Shown piece by piece: positions 11,799 through 25,429 of a stretch of 64,000 nucleotides of DNA. The notes under the pieces were generated by a model. The model was not told the origin of the DNA. It was given only the letters and a program-made list of their open reading frames with translations, and made no database searches. Position 1 is the first letter of the stretch, and the number at the start of each line of letters is the position of its first letter. The position numbers and the translations under genes were made by a program. The stretch is from Styela clava (taxonomy: Eukaryota): assembly GCF_964204865.1 (NCBI RefSeq), contig NC_135262.1, positions 11,966,001-12,030,000 on the forward strand. Direction: 5' to 3'.

Positions 11799-14381
11799 TC
11801 ACCGAAATTTAAATAAATACACTCCGAAGAACATGGAAGTAACAAGAAGCGTAGCTGCAGTTGTTAACATTTCCCTTCGAGCCTTTTTGATAATTGGCAT
11901 ATTCCACATCATGTCACTTAATTCACCGTTTCTATTAATGAACGGGAAAATTTTAGTGGGCATTGGTTTACCAAGAAACTCACACAGAGGCCTCCATCCG
12001 TTTTTGCAATTGTATATAAGAAGTCGATCTTTAGGACATTTCTAAATATAATATTAAAATAATGAAAATATTATTGCAACAATATGTTTAATGTTAAAAT
12101 ATTATTTAACTGAAAAAGACAAATTGCCCTTCTAGAATGGAAATACAGAGCATAGCACGTGGAATATATTAGCATATTTACATAAGTTACTGGTGCTGTT
12201 ATCTGCTTGAAAAAAAAACGATCGTGTCCACCATACATGTTTTAAACTATAGTTTTATTCATGCATGTGAAAGAAATGTTTTCTCATTTAAACTGTGGGC
12301 ACTAGGTTGTATTCTTGAAAAGACTTTCGCTTTGTGTATTTTCCGCAGTCTTGGCAGCCTTGCGATAAACATTTAATTTGGCAGTAGTGCAGTAGATTCA
12401 TATATGGTTGAATGATTTGTTTTTCTATCCAACATTTGATACTAATAATAATTAATTTCATGTAAGATTCCCATGCTTTATAACACTCAAGTTCTAATGA
12501 GCCAACTTGGCTGTCTAATCAATAATCTGGCATCCGTGAGTTTGCTCGCAGGTCGCCCTTTTATTTCTGTGATTTTAGTGAGCGCACCTCTGTCATTAAG
12601 GTCAGTAATTTTATTTATTTGTAAGTTCTATTTTTCGTGTTTGTTTTGTTTATTTATCTAATATTTGAAGTGATGGCCATATGAATAGATTAATTTGTGT
12701 GTATCTGCCGGAATAAACTGTCCAACTGATGACCTTTACTCCAGTAGTCAACGTCACAGCAACGAACGTTGAATGGTCTAATGTGGATCGAGCTTTTGAA
12801 GTGTTTTTGGTGTTACCCGCACATTGCATCGCACAATGGCACTCTATATTCGTAGTTGGTGATAGCACCAGTTATCACTTACGACCTATTTGCATGATCA
12901 TTTTGAAAATTCTTATCGAATTACAAATATTTTTTTCAGAATTCAGAAATAGAATTTAAAACGATCATTTCAACTTACGTGAAGTACATAAGCAATATGT
13001 TTTCTATAGGCCAGCTTGTAAGGAAGTGTCGGTGGAGCAACGTGGATAATATCAAAAATGGTTGGTGTTTTACATCCAAAAGCAAGCTTACCTACAAAAA
13101 AACACATTGAGATTTAGTATGAAGAGCATTATTTCAGTATGAAAATTAAAACCTTGTGTTATGAACAAGGTATGGATAAAAACGCTTTGTTTGTTTAATT
13201 GCTTTTGGCACATTGGGAGTAAACAAACTATTTGAATAATTTCAACTCATGTGGACAGTGTATAACTTTAGCATATAATTGTGCTATTAAACATGCATTA
13301 TAAAGTTTATCTAATATATTTTTCAACATTTGTTGAATCCAGAAGATTTTATTTATCTATTTTTATGCTCTTACATGGATGTGTCGCAAAATTGAAGAAC
13401 TTTCTCCAAGTTGACGAAAGAAATTGATAGTAGTAAGAATGCAATCCATTGAAAGAAAGTATTTGTTTTCTAATACTTTTGTACCAAATTTCATCATCAT
13501 CTCTTTTCATCAATATAATCTTAATTGAAAATGACTGAGATTTAATCAACACTTATTTTGTAAAAAAATAACATGGAAAGTTGAACATTTTTCTGGATTT
13601 CCATTGTAAGAAATGATCTGGAGATAAGTTGAAATTGCTCTCTATCATTCTAGCAATAAATCACAAGCAAAGTCGCTCTATCTTTGGGAAAGCAGATAAA
13701 GCCATTTTGCGAACTGAAGTTTCAAACCGTGATTCTTGTTTAAGTTTTCTATATCCTTGTTCATGCAATCTTTTTTTCCTAGTTTGCAAGACACTCCAAA
13801 TTGTCAGTCGTCTTTCTAAATTCTATCAATTCACTAAGGATGATAGATGAATCATTTTCACTTCTATATTAAATTGTCTGAAATAGATAATTAGTAGAAG
13901 CGTGAACAAAGTCAATTTGCTTAATTTCTTTAACATCACTCGAAATTCCTGTTCAGTACTCTCATTCCAAGTTGATAATTCTATGATAAAATATTTTATT
14001 TATGTTCAGATCGCTGATCTCGCGACTGACACTGATAACGCTACACCATTCCGTCCACATCGTTATTTACGAAACTTTATTAACGATCGAGCATGCTAGA
14101 ATACCATTAAATCTCTATTTACAACTGACCTTGGCATCTGGAAAAGCTTCCATCAATTCGTCCCAGAAGTAATAGGTTGGAGCATCCACCACTGCATCAA
14201 TATCTTTGTACATATGATGAAAGTCTTCTGAATTCCACCCTTCGGTTGCGCACTTTCTATAATGTTTTTCAAAATGAGTATATGCGTCTGGAAAGTCGTG
14301 TACCATATAACCAAGCTCTTCCAATGCAACATGCATAGACTTTGTTCCACATTTTGACATTCCTGCGCAAATTATCTTCAT
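11799..14381 (-). CDS. ST2: Sulfotransfer_4-like sulfotransferase, 250 aa
   Basis: Exons 14381-14130, 13519-13375, 13091-12979, 12041-11799. GT-AG introns, exon sizes 252/145/113/243 with the same phases as paralogs. Tail TAATLLVTSMFFGVYLFKFR. Confidence 0.88.
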
Positions 14382-15122
14382 TTTCTACTTTCACAATATT
14401 GTCACCACTGAAAATGTTTATTTTATTATCACTCTTGACAAACACCGAGTGGTATAATAGTTTTGGTAGTTATAGCTACATTCAATTGTACTAAAATTAT
14501 TAGAAAATCCGGAATAAATGATAAAAGATAAGTATATATTACGTGACCTTGGAAATTTGAATTTTGCTTCATGATCAGCTCCTGTTTTAGAAAATAAGAT
14601 AAGAACCTAAAAATCTTACAGTACTTTCTTAACAAGTACCAGCTGGTGATAAGTAAAACTAATTGCCGGTTTTGTTTCATTTTCCTGGTAAATCAGTATT
14701 AATTTGAAATTGTAATGATTCCGATGTTGTGTGTTTTGACATAAACGAAGCTGATAAGTAGTAGGATATTTTCAGTCTGACGGTTGTTGATTGTGTAATT
14801 CAAAATGCCTGGGATACAGAATTACCTTGTATTGAAATTATTAATTACAGAAAGTATATTTCATTTCTTTTAATTAATTGCGCATCCATCAAATCTTCTA
14901 ATATTATGACATTCATTATATCCATGTTTTATCAGAATCTTTGTAACTTGACTCAAATATGGCCTACTCCGACAATTTCTGTTTTCAACGTTCTATACTC
15001 AATCTAATATTGTATAACAAAACACTGCCAATTTTTAATTGTTACTAAACACTGTAATTTTCTTGGTGAACGCACTATTGTTGGTGCTAAACTTCAAGAT
15101 CGGTAATGCAAGCTGAGCTTAG

Positions 15123-15540
15123 TTAAGCGTGGGTAAATTTCACATAATTCGATTTAAAATCGTCATATACTTTTGGGATTCCATGTTCTTCGAACCAGAA
15201 TTCCTCTAAAGCAGAATGCATATTTTTCGATCCATGTTTATTTGTGCACATATCAACTTCATTTTTTGTCGTCTTACTCATACAGTCAACCGCAAGTAAT
15301 CTCAAAAAAGTATAGTAGCTAACCACAATTCAACTGTATCTAACCCAGGTTGAACACAGTTCAACTCTTTGACCTAATATTTATTTAAAATCGTGATCCA
15401 ATATGTAAGTTAAATATTTGAACGTCAGCAGAACTTTAATCAATCATTAACAAACCCTCGACATAATCATATGCTTATATTTCCGAGGCGAAGCACAAGC
15501 GCTGCCGCTCGCACAAAGTTATTTAAATTTTAGCTTATTG
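15123..15540 (-). pseudogene. Decayed inverted copy of the ST1 upstream region and 5' half of exon 1
   Basis: Remnant ...KNMHSALEEFWFEEHGIPKVYDDFKSNYVKF with indels in the P-loop. The flank aligns by eye with ~6380-6612. No further exons seen. Confidence 0.8.
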
Positions 15541-16002
15541 AATTTATCGATTATAAGCCAAAATCTAAATCCATCTATCTGAATAAGTTTTTTGGTAGAA
15601 GTAATCTCTAAGTCTAGAGCGTAATAGAAGCATATTACTAATAAAGCTGACAAAAAATTTCAGTAGCCATATGACCGAGCTAGGCCTCTGTTTGGACATT
15701 TTGCACATACATTGAGTATTATACATTACACAGTGTAATATTCATATTCATTCTATACCATTTAAAATTTGGTCATTTTTTATTTAGCTTAAATGAAGAG
15801 GGATCGATGCATTCGTCGTTTAAATGAGATTAAAAGCATAGTGAAATTATGGGACTTTTGATGACTTTCAAATCAGCATTCAAGAAAATATTCTAATGCT
15901 TAGTGTTTAAGCTTTCATAAACAAAGATTGATCTGACAATTTTTTTAATAAATCACTTCTTACCAGCATTACATCTTGCCTCACATCTTCCAAACTAGAG
16001 AT

Positions 16003-16805
16003 TCAATTAATCAAGTTTATTTTTTCCAATCAGTGAAAAATAAATAAATAACACAGGCACGAATTACAAGAAAATAATAAAGTACACAGCTTTACTGGGG
16101 AAGGGAAGTTACGGGGAACCAAAAATGGTTATCAAGCAGCGACACCCGAAGTACCACTGTTATTATTGGATGAACAATTAATAAGGTGAACACTAAACAC
16201 AATAAATTAGGTGAACACTAAAAACATATACGTTGAACACTTGAGATTTGGGAAAAAATTATAGAGCATGAACATAGCAGCAATACAATAATAATATAAC
16301 TTGAATACGTAAGGAAGTAAACCTCTTTTTTCATCTATCCATAGCCATTAAGTAGATGAATTTTTAATTTTAACTAAATGTTGCGAGTGAGTATTCTTTA
16401 ATATTAGACGGAATTTTTCCCAAAATTAGAATGCCTTAAATCCTTTTTGTAACACTCCTTGTTGCATGACTATGGATGGTTGCAATTTTTGTAAAAAAGT
16501 TATGAAATATAGGGGGTAGCATATGATTTTCAAAGCGATACATAAATTTGGCAAAAGCTTTCAGTTGTAAAACTCCACACTGCTTGTATAAGAGTGAGTT
16601 ATGAACATGCTGTGAATCTGCAGATAGCATGCAGCGAATTGCCTTGTTATGCAGAATTACTAGTGGTTTTAGCCTAGTTTTATTAGTTCCTTCCCAACTT
16701 ATAATGCCATATTTCAGATGAGAGTATATAAGACTATAGTATACAATTTTTATTGCATCGATACCGAGGATTCTAAGTAATTTATACAATATTCCGAGTG
16801 ATTGT
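16003..16805 (-). mobile_element. 3' fragment of an L2/CR1-group LINE
   Basis: ORF 16436-16789 (YYSLIYSHLKYGIISW...LHNKAIR...KFMY...LP..F..FF......H.H.TR) matches the post-RT region of this group. It is followed by a 3' UTR ending AATAAACTTGATTAATTGAA. Confidence 0.75.
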
Positions 16806-16810
16806 GAAAC

Positions 16811-17244
16811 TAGAGGCTACCATAGCTTAAAAAACAAAATCCCTGACAAAATTTAAAGATCCACTTTGACCAATTTCGCAGCCAAAGCATTTATATCATG
16901 GTATAAATTCACGATGCATCCAAAGTAAACTAGCTGCCGTCGCTATTTCGTGTTTATATAATAAATAGGAACAAAACCAAGGGTGCGACCAAAATACAGA
17001 CAATTCAAGACATATGTGACATCACAATCATCTGAATGCGATGCAATCTGTGTTGCATAACAAAGCCTGCATGTGACAGAAAAACATCTCTGATAAAATA
17101 TATTTTGTGGATGCGCAATATCCTAAAACTCCAGGATTTGCAGCAGGGATTCAATGTACTCAAAAATTTCTGACATTTATACACTTTAAAATATTTTTCC
17201 CTGACGCAAATTTGACAATCAAAACCTGACGTATGGCAACCCTA
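16811..17244. mobile_element. Degenerate MITE (AGGGTTGCCATA-type ends)
   Basis: Imperfect inverted ends AGGCTACCATA / TATGGCAACCCT, with AAACTAGA present at both borders. Confidence 0.4.
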
Positions 17245-17999
17245 AACTAGATATTTATGAATTTTAAGTAGCATAGCATCTAATTATATGGCTATTCTTG
17301 TTATCGTTGTCAATGCAGTGAAGATCGGGTTCCTTGTACTGTATAGGCGATATATTCCAGAATGCATTGGCTCGGCTTTTCTTTAAAAGCTATATATATA
17401 GAACCATTTAGGTCAGCAATTTTAAGTGCTCAATATCTTGACGAAATTTATTCTGTTCTGAATTTTTCTAAAATATAATAATCAAAGTCTGGGACATTCT
17501 CATTAGCCATGAACCATGCCAAATATTGTTTGGCAATAGACAGAAGTGGCAGACAGGAGATTTGGTTCAGTTGATAGACAGTGAAATTTCTGATATAGGC
17601 ACTATCAGTTGAAAGAACAGGAAACCTCCGTGATGGCCATAATTCCTAAATGGGGTGTGTTAGGAGGAAACAACATAATAACAAGACGATCCATAGTTAC
17701 AATTCATGTCCCATAAAATAGGCAATTGAATAAACTTATTAATATCTCTGTTTATTAGTGAAATGCACAATACAATATAATTTTGTGACAGTATTATATA
17801 ATAGTTATGTATGTTCGATAATATCATAAATTTTTCAAATCGTGATATTAAAAACTTTTGTTGAATCTTCGTTTTTTCAACATCCCACATAATTCTAATA
17901 ACTAACTTTGTCCTATATTTTTTAAATCAGCATGCTCAAATTTTTGTTTGTCATCAAAATCTTCGTTTCTGCTTATTTAAATTGTAAAGTTTCAAAAGT

Positions 18000-19465
18000 T
18001 CAATATATATTTATATGACTACTAAACAATTAAAAGTTCAATCCTTTTAGTTTACTTGCTATAAAAACATAGCCAGAAAATTTGCATCTCCCATTGGAAA
18101 ATCAGATTTATGATCCAAACCTGTAGCCTAGTGGTTCCGTGTCTTTGAATATGGGGCCCGGAGTATTTTTTCTCCTCGTTTGAATAATTTCAAGATCGAA
18201 AACGTTATAGATAGTGACCTGTCCACAGAAATAGTCATGAAATGACGTCTTCAGCATCGCATTCCATCTTGAGGGGAATTTCTTTGTATTCCTTCGTTTT
18301 CGAGGATTAAATACAGAAAAATTACTTTGTATTTGGTATAGTTCACTAATAGCGTTTAGTTTATTATTATTATTATATTAAATATTTAAAATGTAGTACC
18401 TATATGTTTTTCTACATTACTGAAAACTGAAAACGATAGTTTTAATCATTTTCCAAACTTATGCGATATGATGAGATTGTACCATCATATGACGTTGTAT
18501 TATTTTTTTAATGACTAGCTTATCACTTAATGGAATATTCATTACTTAGTAAAATTACCAATTATTTCGGCCACCCAAATCCTGAAAGCAAAATGTTTCT
18601 ATTTTACACACATATAAATTACCCCAAATAATTATTTCTTTTTTATATCCATATGTTGAAAAATGTATTGGATACCACTTTAATATTGACAATTCAACAC
18701 TCCAGTCAAACACTTAGTTGCTTTGAAGAGAGTCTAGTACTTTTGTACAATACAATTCAGCTGGTCTTTATATTTAAGCTGTTCTGGTAGCATTGGGTTT
18801 GTGGTGTTATTCCTACCTATGCTGTACTTAATAGTGCAGCATAATATTTTTCACATGATCTATTGCATAATCATGTCTTACCTGCGTTACATCATCTTTA
18901 TGTTTACGTCATATGTTCCACGTAATATAAGAAATTACGTTAACGCACGATGGAAACTACCCATATCTTCAATAATCAAAAGAGTAAGCATAAATATAAG
19001 CTTTATTTATTTGAAAGCTCGTTTATGCGGTCAATATCTCTATTTCGCCACGTCCATTAATTTTTGGTCAGGTATAAATATGAATTGGATATGAAAATAC
19101 ATTCAAAGCTAAAAAGCTTTTGACTCAGAGAGTTGCAATATTTTTTCGTATGTACCCGTTTCGCACTTTCGTACTTCGTTCGTACTGATTTTGTACACGG
19201 AATATTTATGGGGATTTTATGCCAAAAAGCAATGTCAACATTGTGCCACAAAATTTTAAATTTCGTTTTTGCATATGCGATGTCAACATTTAAAAACACC
19301 ATGAGACTTCTCACATGTTCAATTTCTATTAATCATCCTTTAAATTCCCTCTCTAAATGAAATATTTTATTTAAAAAAATATTGATATATGACAGGATGT
19401 TAAGTTATGGAGTTTCCGAGATGATTTATTCTTTAAAAACCCAAGGTCGTTCGTAATATATATAC
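18000..19465 (+). promoter_or_regulatory. Orphan copy of the WAP-gene upstream region, with no WAP gene following
   Basis: Homologous (inverted) to 40010-40708 plus 43652-44340, and to the corresponding block upstream of WAP3. Homology stops at about the TATA position. Retains GGGGATTTT (19210-19218) and TGGAGTTTCC (19408-19417). Confidence 0.8.
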
Positions 19466-20063
19466 ATAAATATAAATATTCAGTCTGTAGAATATAAATA
19501 TAGATCGTATTGTATATCACCACGCTTCAGTAACCCCAGCACAAAGTTGCGATTCGTGCAAAAATACCAAAATTACGAACGCGTTCAGCCGAGCAATACA
19601 TAGTTGTAAAATATCCCTAGGCTCTTTATACTCTTCGAATTTCATTATATTCAGTTATTGTAATGCTAAATATTATGCTTCGAAAAATGCTTATTCTAGC
19701 AGTTCTGCGTTTCAATAGAAAGACAAGATGAAGATCATGGACGATCAGGATGTTTAGCACTTACAATATTAATTCAACAATAAAATGATAGTGTTTAGTA
19801 ATCCACGAACAATGACAGTGTTGTGTCATACAATATTGAAATGAGTATAAAATGTACGGAAATTGTTAGATTATGTATCAAGTTTGAGTCGAATTATAAA
19901 GATTGTGACAAAACATAGGTTCAAAAAGAATGAATGCCATAATAATAAAAAAATTGTTAGGTGCGCAATTGACAGAAAATGCAATATACTTTCCGCAATT
20001 AATGCTTTCATAATACAAAATATATATTTTCAGCGATGACATACATCATAGTGAAATTAGAAA

Positions 20064-22257
20064 ATGAAAATAATATGCGCAGGAATGTCAAAATGTGGAA
20101 CAAAGTCTGTGCATGTTGCATTGGAAGAGCTTGGTTATATGGTATACGACTTCCCAGACGCATATACTCATTTTGAAAAAGATTATAAAAAGTGCGCAAC
20201 CGAAGGGTGGAATTCAGAAGACTTTCATTGTATGTACAAAGATATTGATGCAGTGGTGGATAGTCCAACCTATTACTTCTGGGAAGAATTAATGGAAGCT
20301 TTTCCGAAAGCCAAGGTGAGTTGTAAATAGAAAATTAACGTTATTCTAGCAAGTTGGTAAGAATATCATCTGAACTATATTGTTGCAAGAGATCAGCAAT
20401 ACGGACATTTTATAATAAAAATAAATTTGGAAATCATTAAATATTTTCTTCCTAAAATTGAGTAATATAATCGAAGCGTGATAAGCTACAACTTGAACCC
20501 AACGTCTGCCAAACGTCTGTTCTTTTCAATTTGGCAATATATCAACTAGAACATAGTATTATCAATTCATCAACATGAAATTAGTACCGACAAGAATTGC
20601 AACTGGTTTTGACGAAAATATGCATATGGACTTTCCTTAACGCCTCTATGAATTTGCCTATTTAATACAATTTAATATAGCAGTCGAAATGAATCATCCA
20701 TCATCCATAATTGCTTTGGATAACAAAGGACGACTAACATTTTAGAGTGTCTTCTCAAGCTTGGCAATCTAAGTTGCATATCCAAGGATATGGAAAACTT
20801 CAACAAGAGTCGAGGTTTGAAACTTTAGTTCGCAAAGAGGTCTTTAGCTGTTTTAAGTAATAAATAACTGTCGCATGTAAAACTGTCAAATTCGAAATCA
20901 TACGAGTGGTATTGCTCGAAGAAATACCATAGGCTTTGCTTCGGGTTTGTAAGTACTAAATTGTTGAGGTTGAAAATTGAAGATTTGAACACTTTAACTT
21001 AACAAATAGTGTAAAAATTTGTTGCTTCAATAAGAGGAAGCAATTTCAATTCTTCCCATTTTTATTTTTGTACAAAACTATGTGTAAACCAAATTTCAAC
21101 TAATTTTAATCAAAGTTATATTGATGACAAGAGATGATGATGAAATTTGGTACAAAAGTATTAGAAAACAACTACTTGCTTTCAATGGGTTGCATTCTTA
21201 CTACTATCAATTTCTTTCGTCAACTTGGAGAAACTTCTTCAATTTTGCAAAACATACGTGTAAGAGCATAAAAGTAGTTGAATGAAATCATCTAGATTAA
21301 CCAAATGTTGAAAATTGTAATAACAAATTTTGAATCTATATGTTTGCTCAAAACCATAGTTAAGTGCCAGACATTGTCAACATTGGTTGAAAATAATTAG
21401 CTAGTTTTTAGCAATAAAACAAACAAATATTATATTTATACCTTGTTCATACCACAAAATTTTAATTTTCATATTGAAATATTGCTCTTCATACTGAATC
21501 TCAATGTAGCTTTCGTTGTAGGTATGCTTGCTTTTGGACCGAAATCACCAACCATTTTTGATATTATCTACGGTGCTCCACCGACACTTCCTTACAAGCT
21601 GGCCTATAGAAAACATATTGCTCATGTAGTGCACGTGAGTAAAAATGATTGTTTTTAAATTTTATTGGCGAATTTCTGAAAAAAATTGAAACTTTATATG
21701 GAATTTCTAAACGATCATGCGAATATGTGTACAAAAATTACGATGATTTCAAAATAAAATGAACCCAACCCAACAAGTGTGAGTAGTAATTATAATTTGA
21801 TAAGTTGTGACACATCTAAGACATATATACTAGACGAGACCATTTATATTCAAGCAGATAACAACAACAATAACTTATATATGATATTCCACATGCTGTG
21901 CTCTAAATTTTAATTCTAGAAGGATAATTTGACCTATTCTGGGCAAATATTATTTTAACTTTGAATATATTAATGCATAATCTTTTTATCATTATATTTT
22001 ATTATTAAATTTAGAGATGCCCTAAAGATAGACTTCTTATTTACAATTGCAAAAATGAATGGGAGCCTCTGTGTGAATTTCTCGGTAAATCAAAGCCTAC
22101 TAAAACATTTCCGTGGATAAATAAAAACGGTGAATTAAGTAACATGATATGGAATATGCCAATTATCAAACGAGCTCGAAGGGAAATGTTGACAACTGCA
22201 GCTACGCTTCTTGTTGGTTTTACGTTATTTGGAGTGTATTTATCTAAGTTTCGATGA
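20064..22257 (+). CDS. ST3: Sulfotransfer_4-like sulfotransferase, 250 aa if spliced; exon 2 acceptor is AA, so possibly a pseudogene
   Basis: Exons 20064-20315, 21115-21259, 21522-21634, 22015-22257. All frames are open, but intron 1 ends TCAAA|GTT instead of AG. Confidence 0.75.
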
Positions 22258-25200
22258 GTAGAGTGTTTCATGAGCTGTATTTTATACATTGCAATACATC
22301 AATACTTGAGATGTCTAATTGCTCGCAATTTTAATAAAAGCATGAAAAATATATAAATATAATTTGTTTTTACCAAGTAAACATCTCTGTGAAGTACTTG
22401 GTACTGATTTAAAGCTGATGTTCTCTTCTCGTTATTCTGTAGTGAACGCCATATAAAATTTAGAAAACTTGCATTTTAGGCCTGTGGTTTAATAGCTTAT
22501 AAAGAAGATGGTGCAGACGCTCAAATCCTGAAAAAAATTTCACGCGTTTTTGTTAGCCTGATTCAAAAATAAATGTCAAACTTGGCAAACAAACTTTTTT
22601 TTAAAGTTCAGCAAGATGTTGTCCGAGGGTTATAAATAATCAATAAGCAAAGAGTTTAGTCCTTGCTTATGCATTTGTGAAAAAATGCTTGGTAGAAACA
22701 GAGGCACCCCACAAGTTTTGGGAATTAGAAGAAAAAAATGGCGTGGACAACTATCACTAAAATGCAAGAGGAAATTTACAATAAAATTATTATAAAATAT
22801 AAATTGTTGGATTACAATTAAATTTATGAGATTGACATTATACCGGAAACTAAATATAATGTCGACATAATAATAAACAATACTGCACGTATATGCAAGA
22901 CTGTCTCCAACGCCAAGTATGCAATCTGTATATATTCTGGAGAAACATACCTTTTATGCAATTCGTCCTAGATTAGGAAAGTTTGGGGTACAATAGAACT
23001 TTAACAGAAATTCAGTTGTGAATAAAATATAGAAAATTTTCATATTCTTGTACTAGTTATTGAGAAATTTATGGGTTTTGTTTTTGGGTCAGTCACCCTT
23101 TATGTTAATTAATAAAATAGACTCACAATCAAACTTCGAAAGTGAATATTGAACGCTCAGATTTATAAAAAGCATTCTTGAGATCAAAAGACATACATAG
23201 ATTTGAAAATACTAATGGAGAAATCATTCAAAATTAATTGAATATTTTCATCGCGGACTTGAGTGATGGAATAATTAGACAAGTATTGGCAAACTACACC
23301 CGACCACCAACGACTGGTATTCGCCCGTTTCTTTAGGACCAGAATATACTTAAGACACGATATAAAATTATGCCTGTGTCAGATAATTTACCATCAATGA
23401 CCAATGTCATTGTAGAATTATACTCTGCATATTTCGGGTTTTACCCACCAATAAAAATAACCACTACTTAGCAATCTAATATCGGTGAGATTCTTCAGTT
23501 GATCCCAAAACAAGATACGTGTTCCTATGGTTTTTATGTCAAGCAACGTGTACAACGCGAAGTAATTCAAATTAAAGTAGTATTATAATACTCATATTCA
23601 GCCAATCTTACCAGTATATGTGGGCAAATAATATTGGCATAAACTATAAATAAAATACATATGCACTAAATGAAGTTATATTGAACCAAGTGAAATAAAT
23701 TTCGCTTACCTCATATATAGTATATGCATATCACTTGGCTATACGCATATCAATTCTATTAGAAATTGTAGTATAGTTTATAAACAGAAAATGATCAAAA
23801 TGGTTAGTCCAAATCAGTGCTGTGAAGTTGAGAAAATTATACAATTGACTCCGACTTTAAATCCCGAATTAAAAATACGTTAATTTTCCGACCCAGAATA
23901 CTAAAATGATTTCTAGACTAAATCAAATTTTGATAATGAAATTGTTGAATTATGCAAGTCTTCTTCAGTATTAAAAATCCTAAGTTAACTTAATTATACT
24001 TTTTGTAAAAATTTCGACTTTGATTATTACAATTGAAAGTCTGAAATTCTGACTCGACTCAATAAAAATTAAACATTTCGATTCCGGGTTCCGACTCCCG
24101 AGAGTTTACGACTCCGGCTCAAATGAAGAAAGTTTAATATCGATTTCGCAATTCTGGCCTCACGCGATAGTTTTAGCTTTCACCACCACCATTTTCCCCC
24201 TTCCGGAAACACTACAACAGACAAACAATTAATCAAGCAAACGAAAATTGTAAGCAACAAATATCTTTAATAAAAAAAGTTAACATTTTGAAAGTGTGCC
24301 TCACTCAATACCGGAATTGCTTTGATCATTTTCAATTTCATGAACTGAAAAGCATATACTAGTAAATTGGCTTAGCCTGAATTAAATATTTAATCATTCG
24401 CAATACATTTTGAAATAATATTCTCGAATATGTAATATCAAAGACGTTCAAATTCGATCATATTCAATAGAGATTCGAACAAGTTTATAGAAATGGTCTT
24501 GGTAAATATGCATAATAGATTTGGTAAATGTTGTTTTGATTTATTTTCTATAGGGTCACAAGTTGAGTAAAAATACACATTTTTAAATCAAACTGTTCTG
24601 CACTATTGTTAATTTTCAATCAATTCAAATATTAGTGTTTTTTGTTCTGGACAGTATGACAGCAGTCATGAACATGTAATTGCTGAATTAATTGATACCC
24701 GTGATTTCAAAGCCATATTTGTCAAACTACAATTTATTAACGGAGCAACATCACCCCTTTTTTCCCAGTCCCCAGCTTATCTTGATTTAGTAATCAGATA
24801 CTAACGTTTCAAAGCTAGAGCTGTAGAGAGGGCATATTGTACTGTATTTCCATTTCTGGATTTTCCGGTTTACGGATAAATTGGAAATTGGATAAACTGG
24901 AAACTGAAATCAAGCTCTGGCTGGGTTAAGTATCCACAGACGTAACATGGATAACATGGATTCGTCGGTGAATCAGTTTATCGACACCATTTCTCAATTT
25001 ACCCTTCAAAATGACGGTAAAATTTACCGAACATTTCTTATAGTGTAACTTTTTATGTTGTTTACTTCCTGTTACGTAGGGTATGCTCTATTGTAACGAA
25101 ACAATAAAGTTACACACTACTTGCTGCGATTTCGCAAACTGCAATTTCTTTATAGAATGAACTGATCTGAGTGACCTTGAGTGATGGATTCAGTATTTCA

Positions 25201-25429
25201 AAAAAATCAGTCAGAGATGAGGAAAAAAGATTGACATTGTCTTTATTCTTTAGGCCTACAGGCTTCCACACTTCTGAAGCATAAAGTACATATTAACGAC
25301 CACAAAAACGAATTTTATTTGAAGGCAACAACTTGTTTTTGTCTAAGTGCTCCATGTGTTTATTCCCCGATAATTTGGCGCCGTACGAACAAAAATTTTG
25401 TAATCCGCTGTCTTAGTATGGGTTCCATT

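Noticed and set aside
11767-12045. Similar ORFs at 11767-12045 (+) and 22041-22289 (-), and other recurring small ORFs such as 18801, 40523 and 54400
   Set aside because: They are antisense shadows of ST exon 4 or chance ORFs within duplicated non-coding DNA.
12290-12900. Possible LINE remnant or nested gene in ST2 intron 3
   Set aside because: Only a weak ITGAI-like motif in broken frames; not enough to call without a search.
23845-24125. Scattered GACTCC motifs suggesting an old MITE
   Set aside because: Too degenerate; no ends or TSD found.
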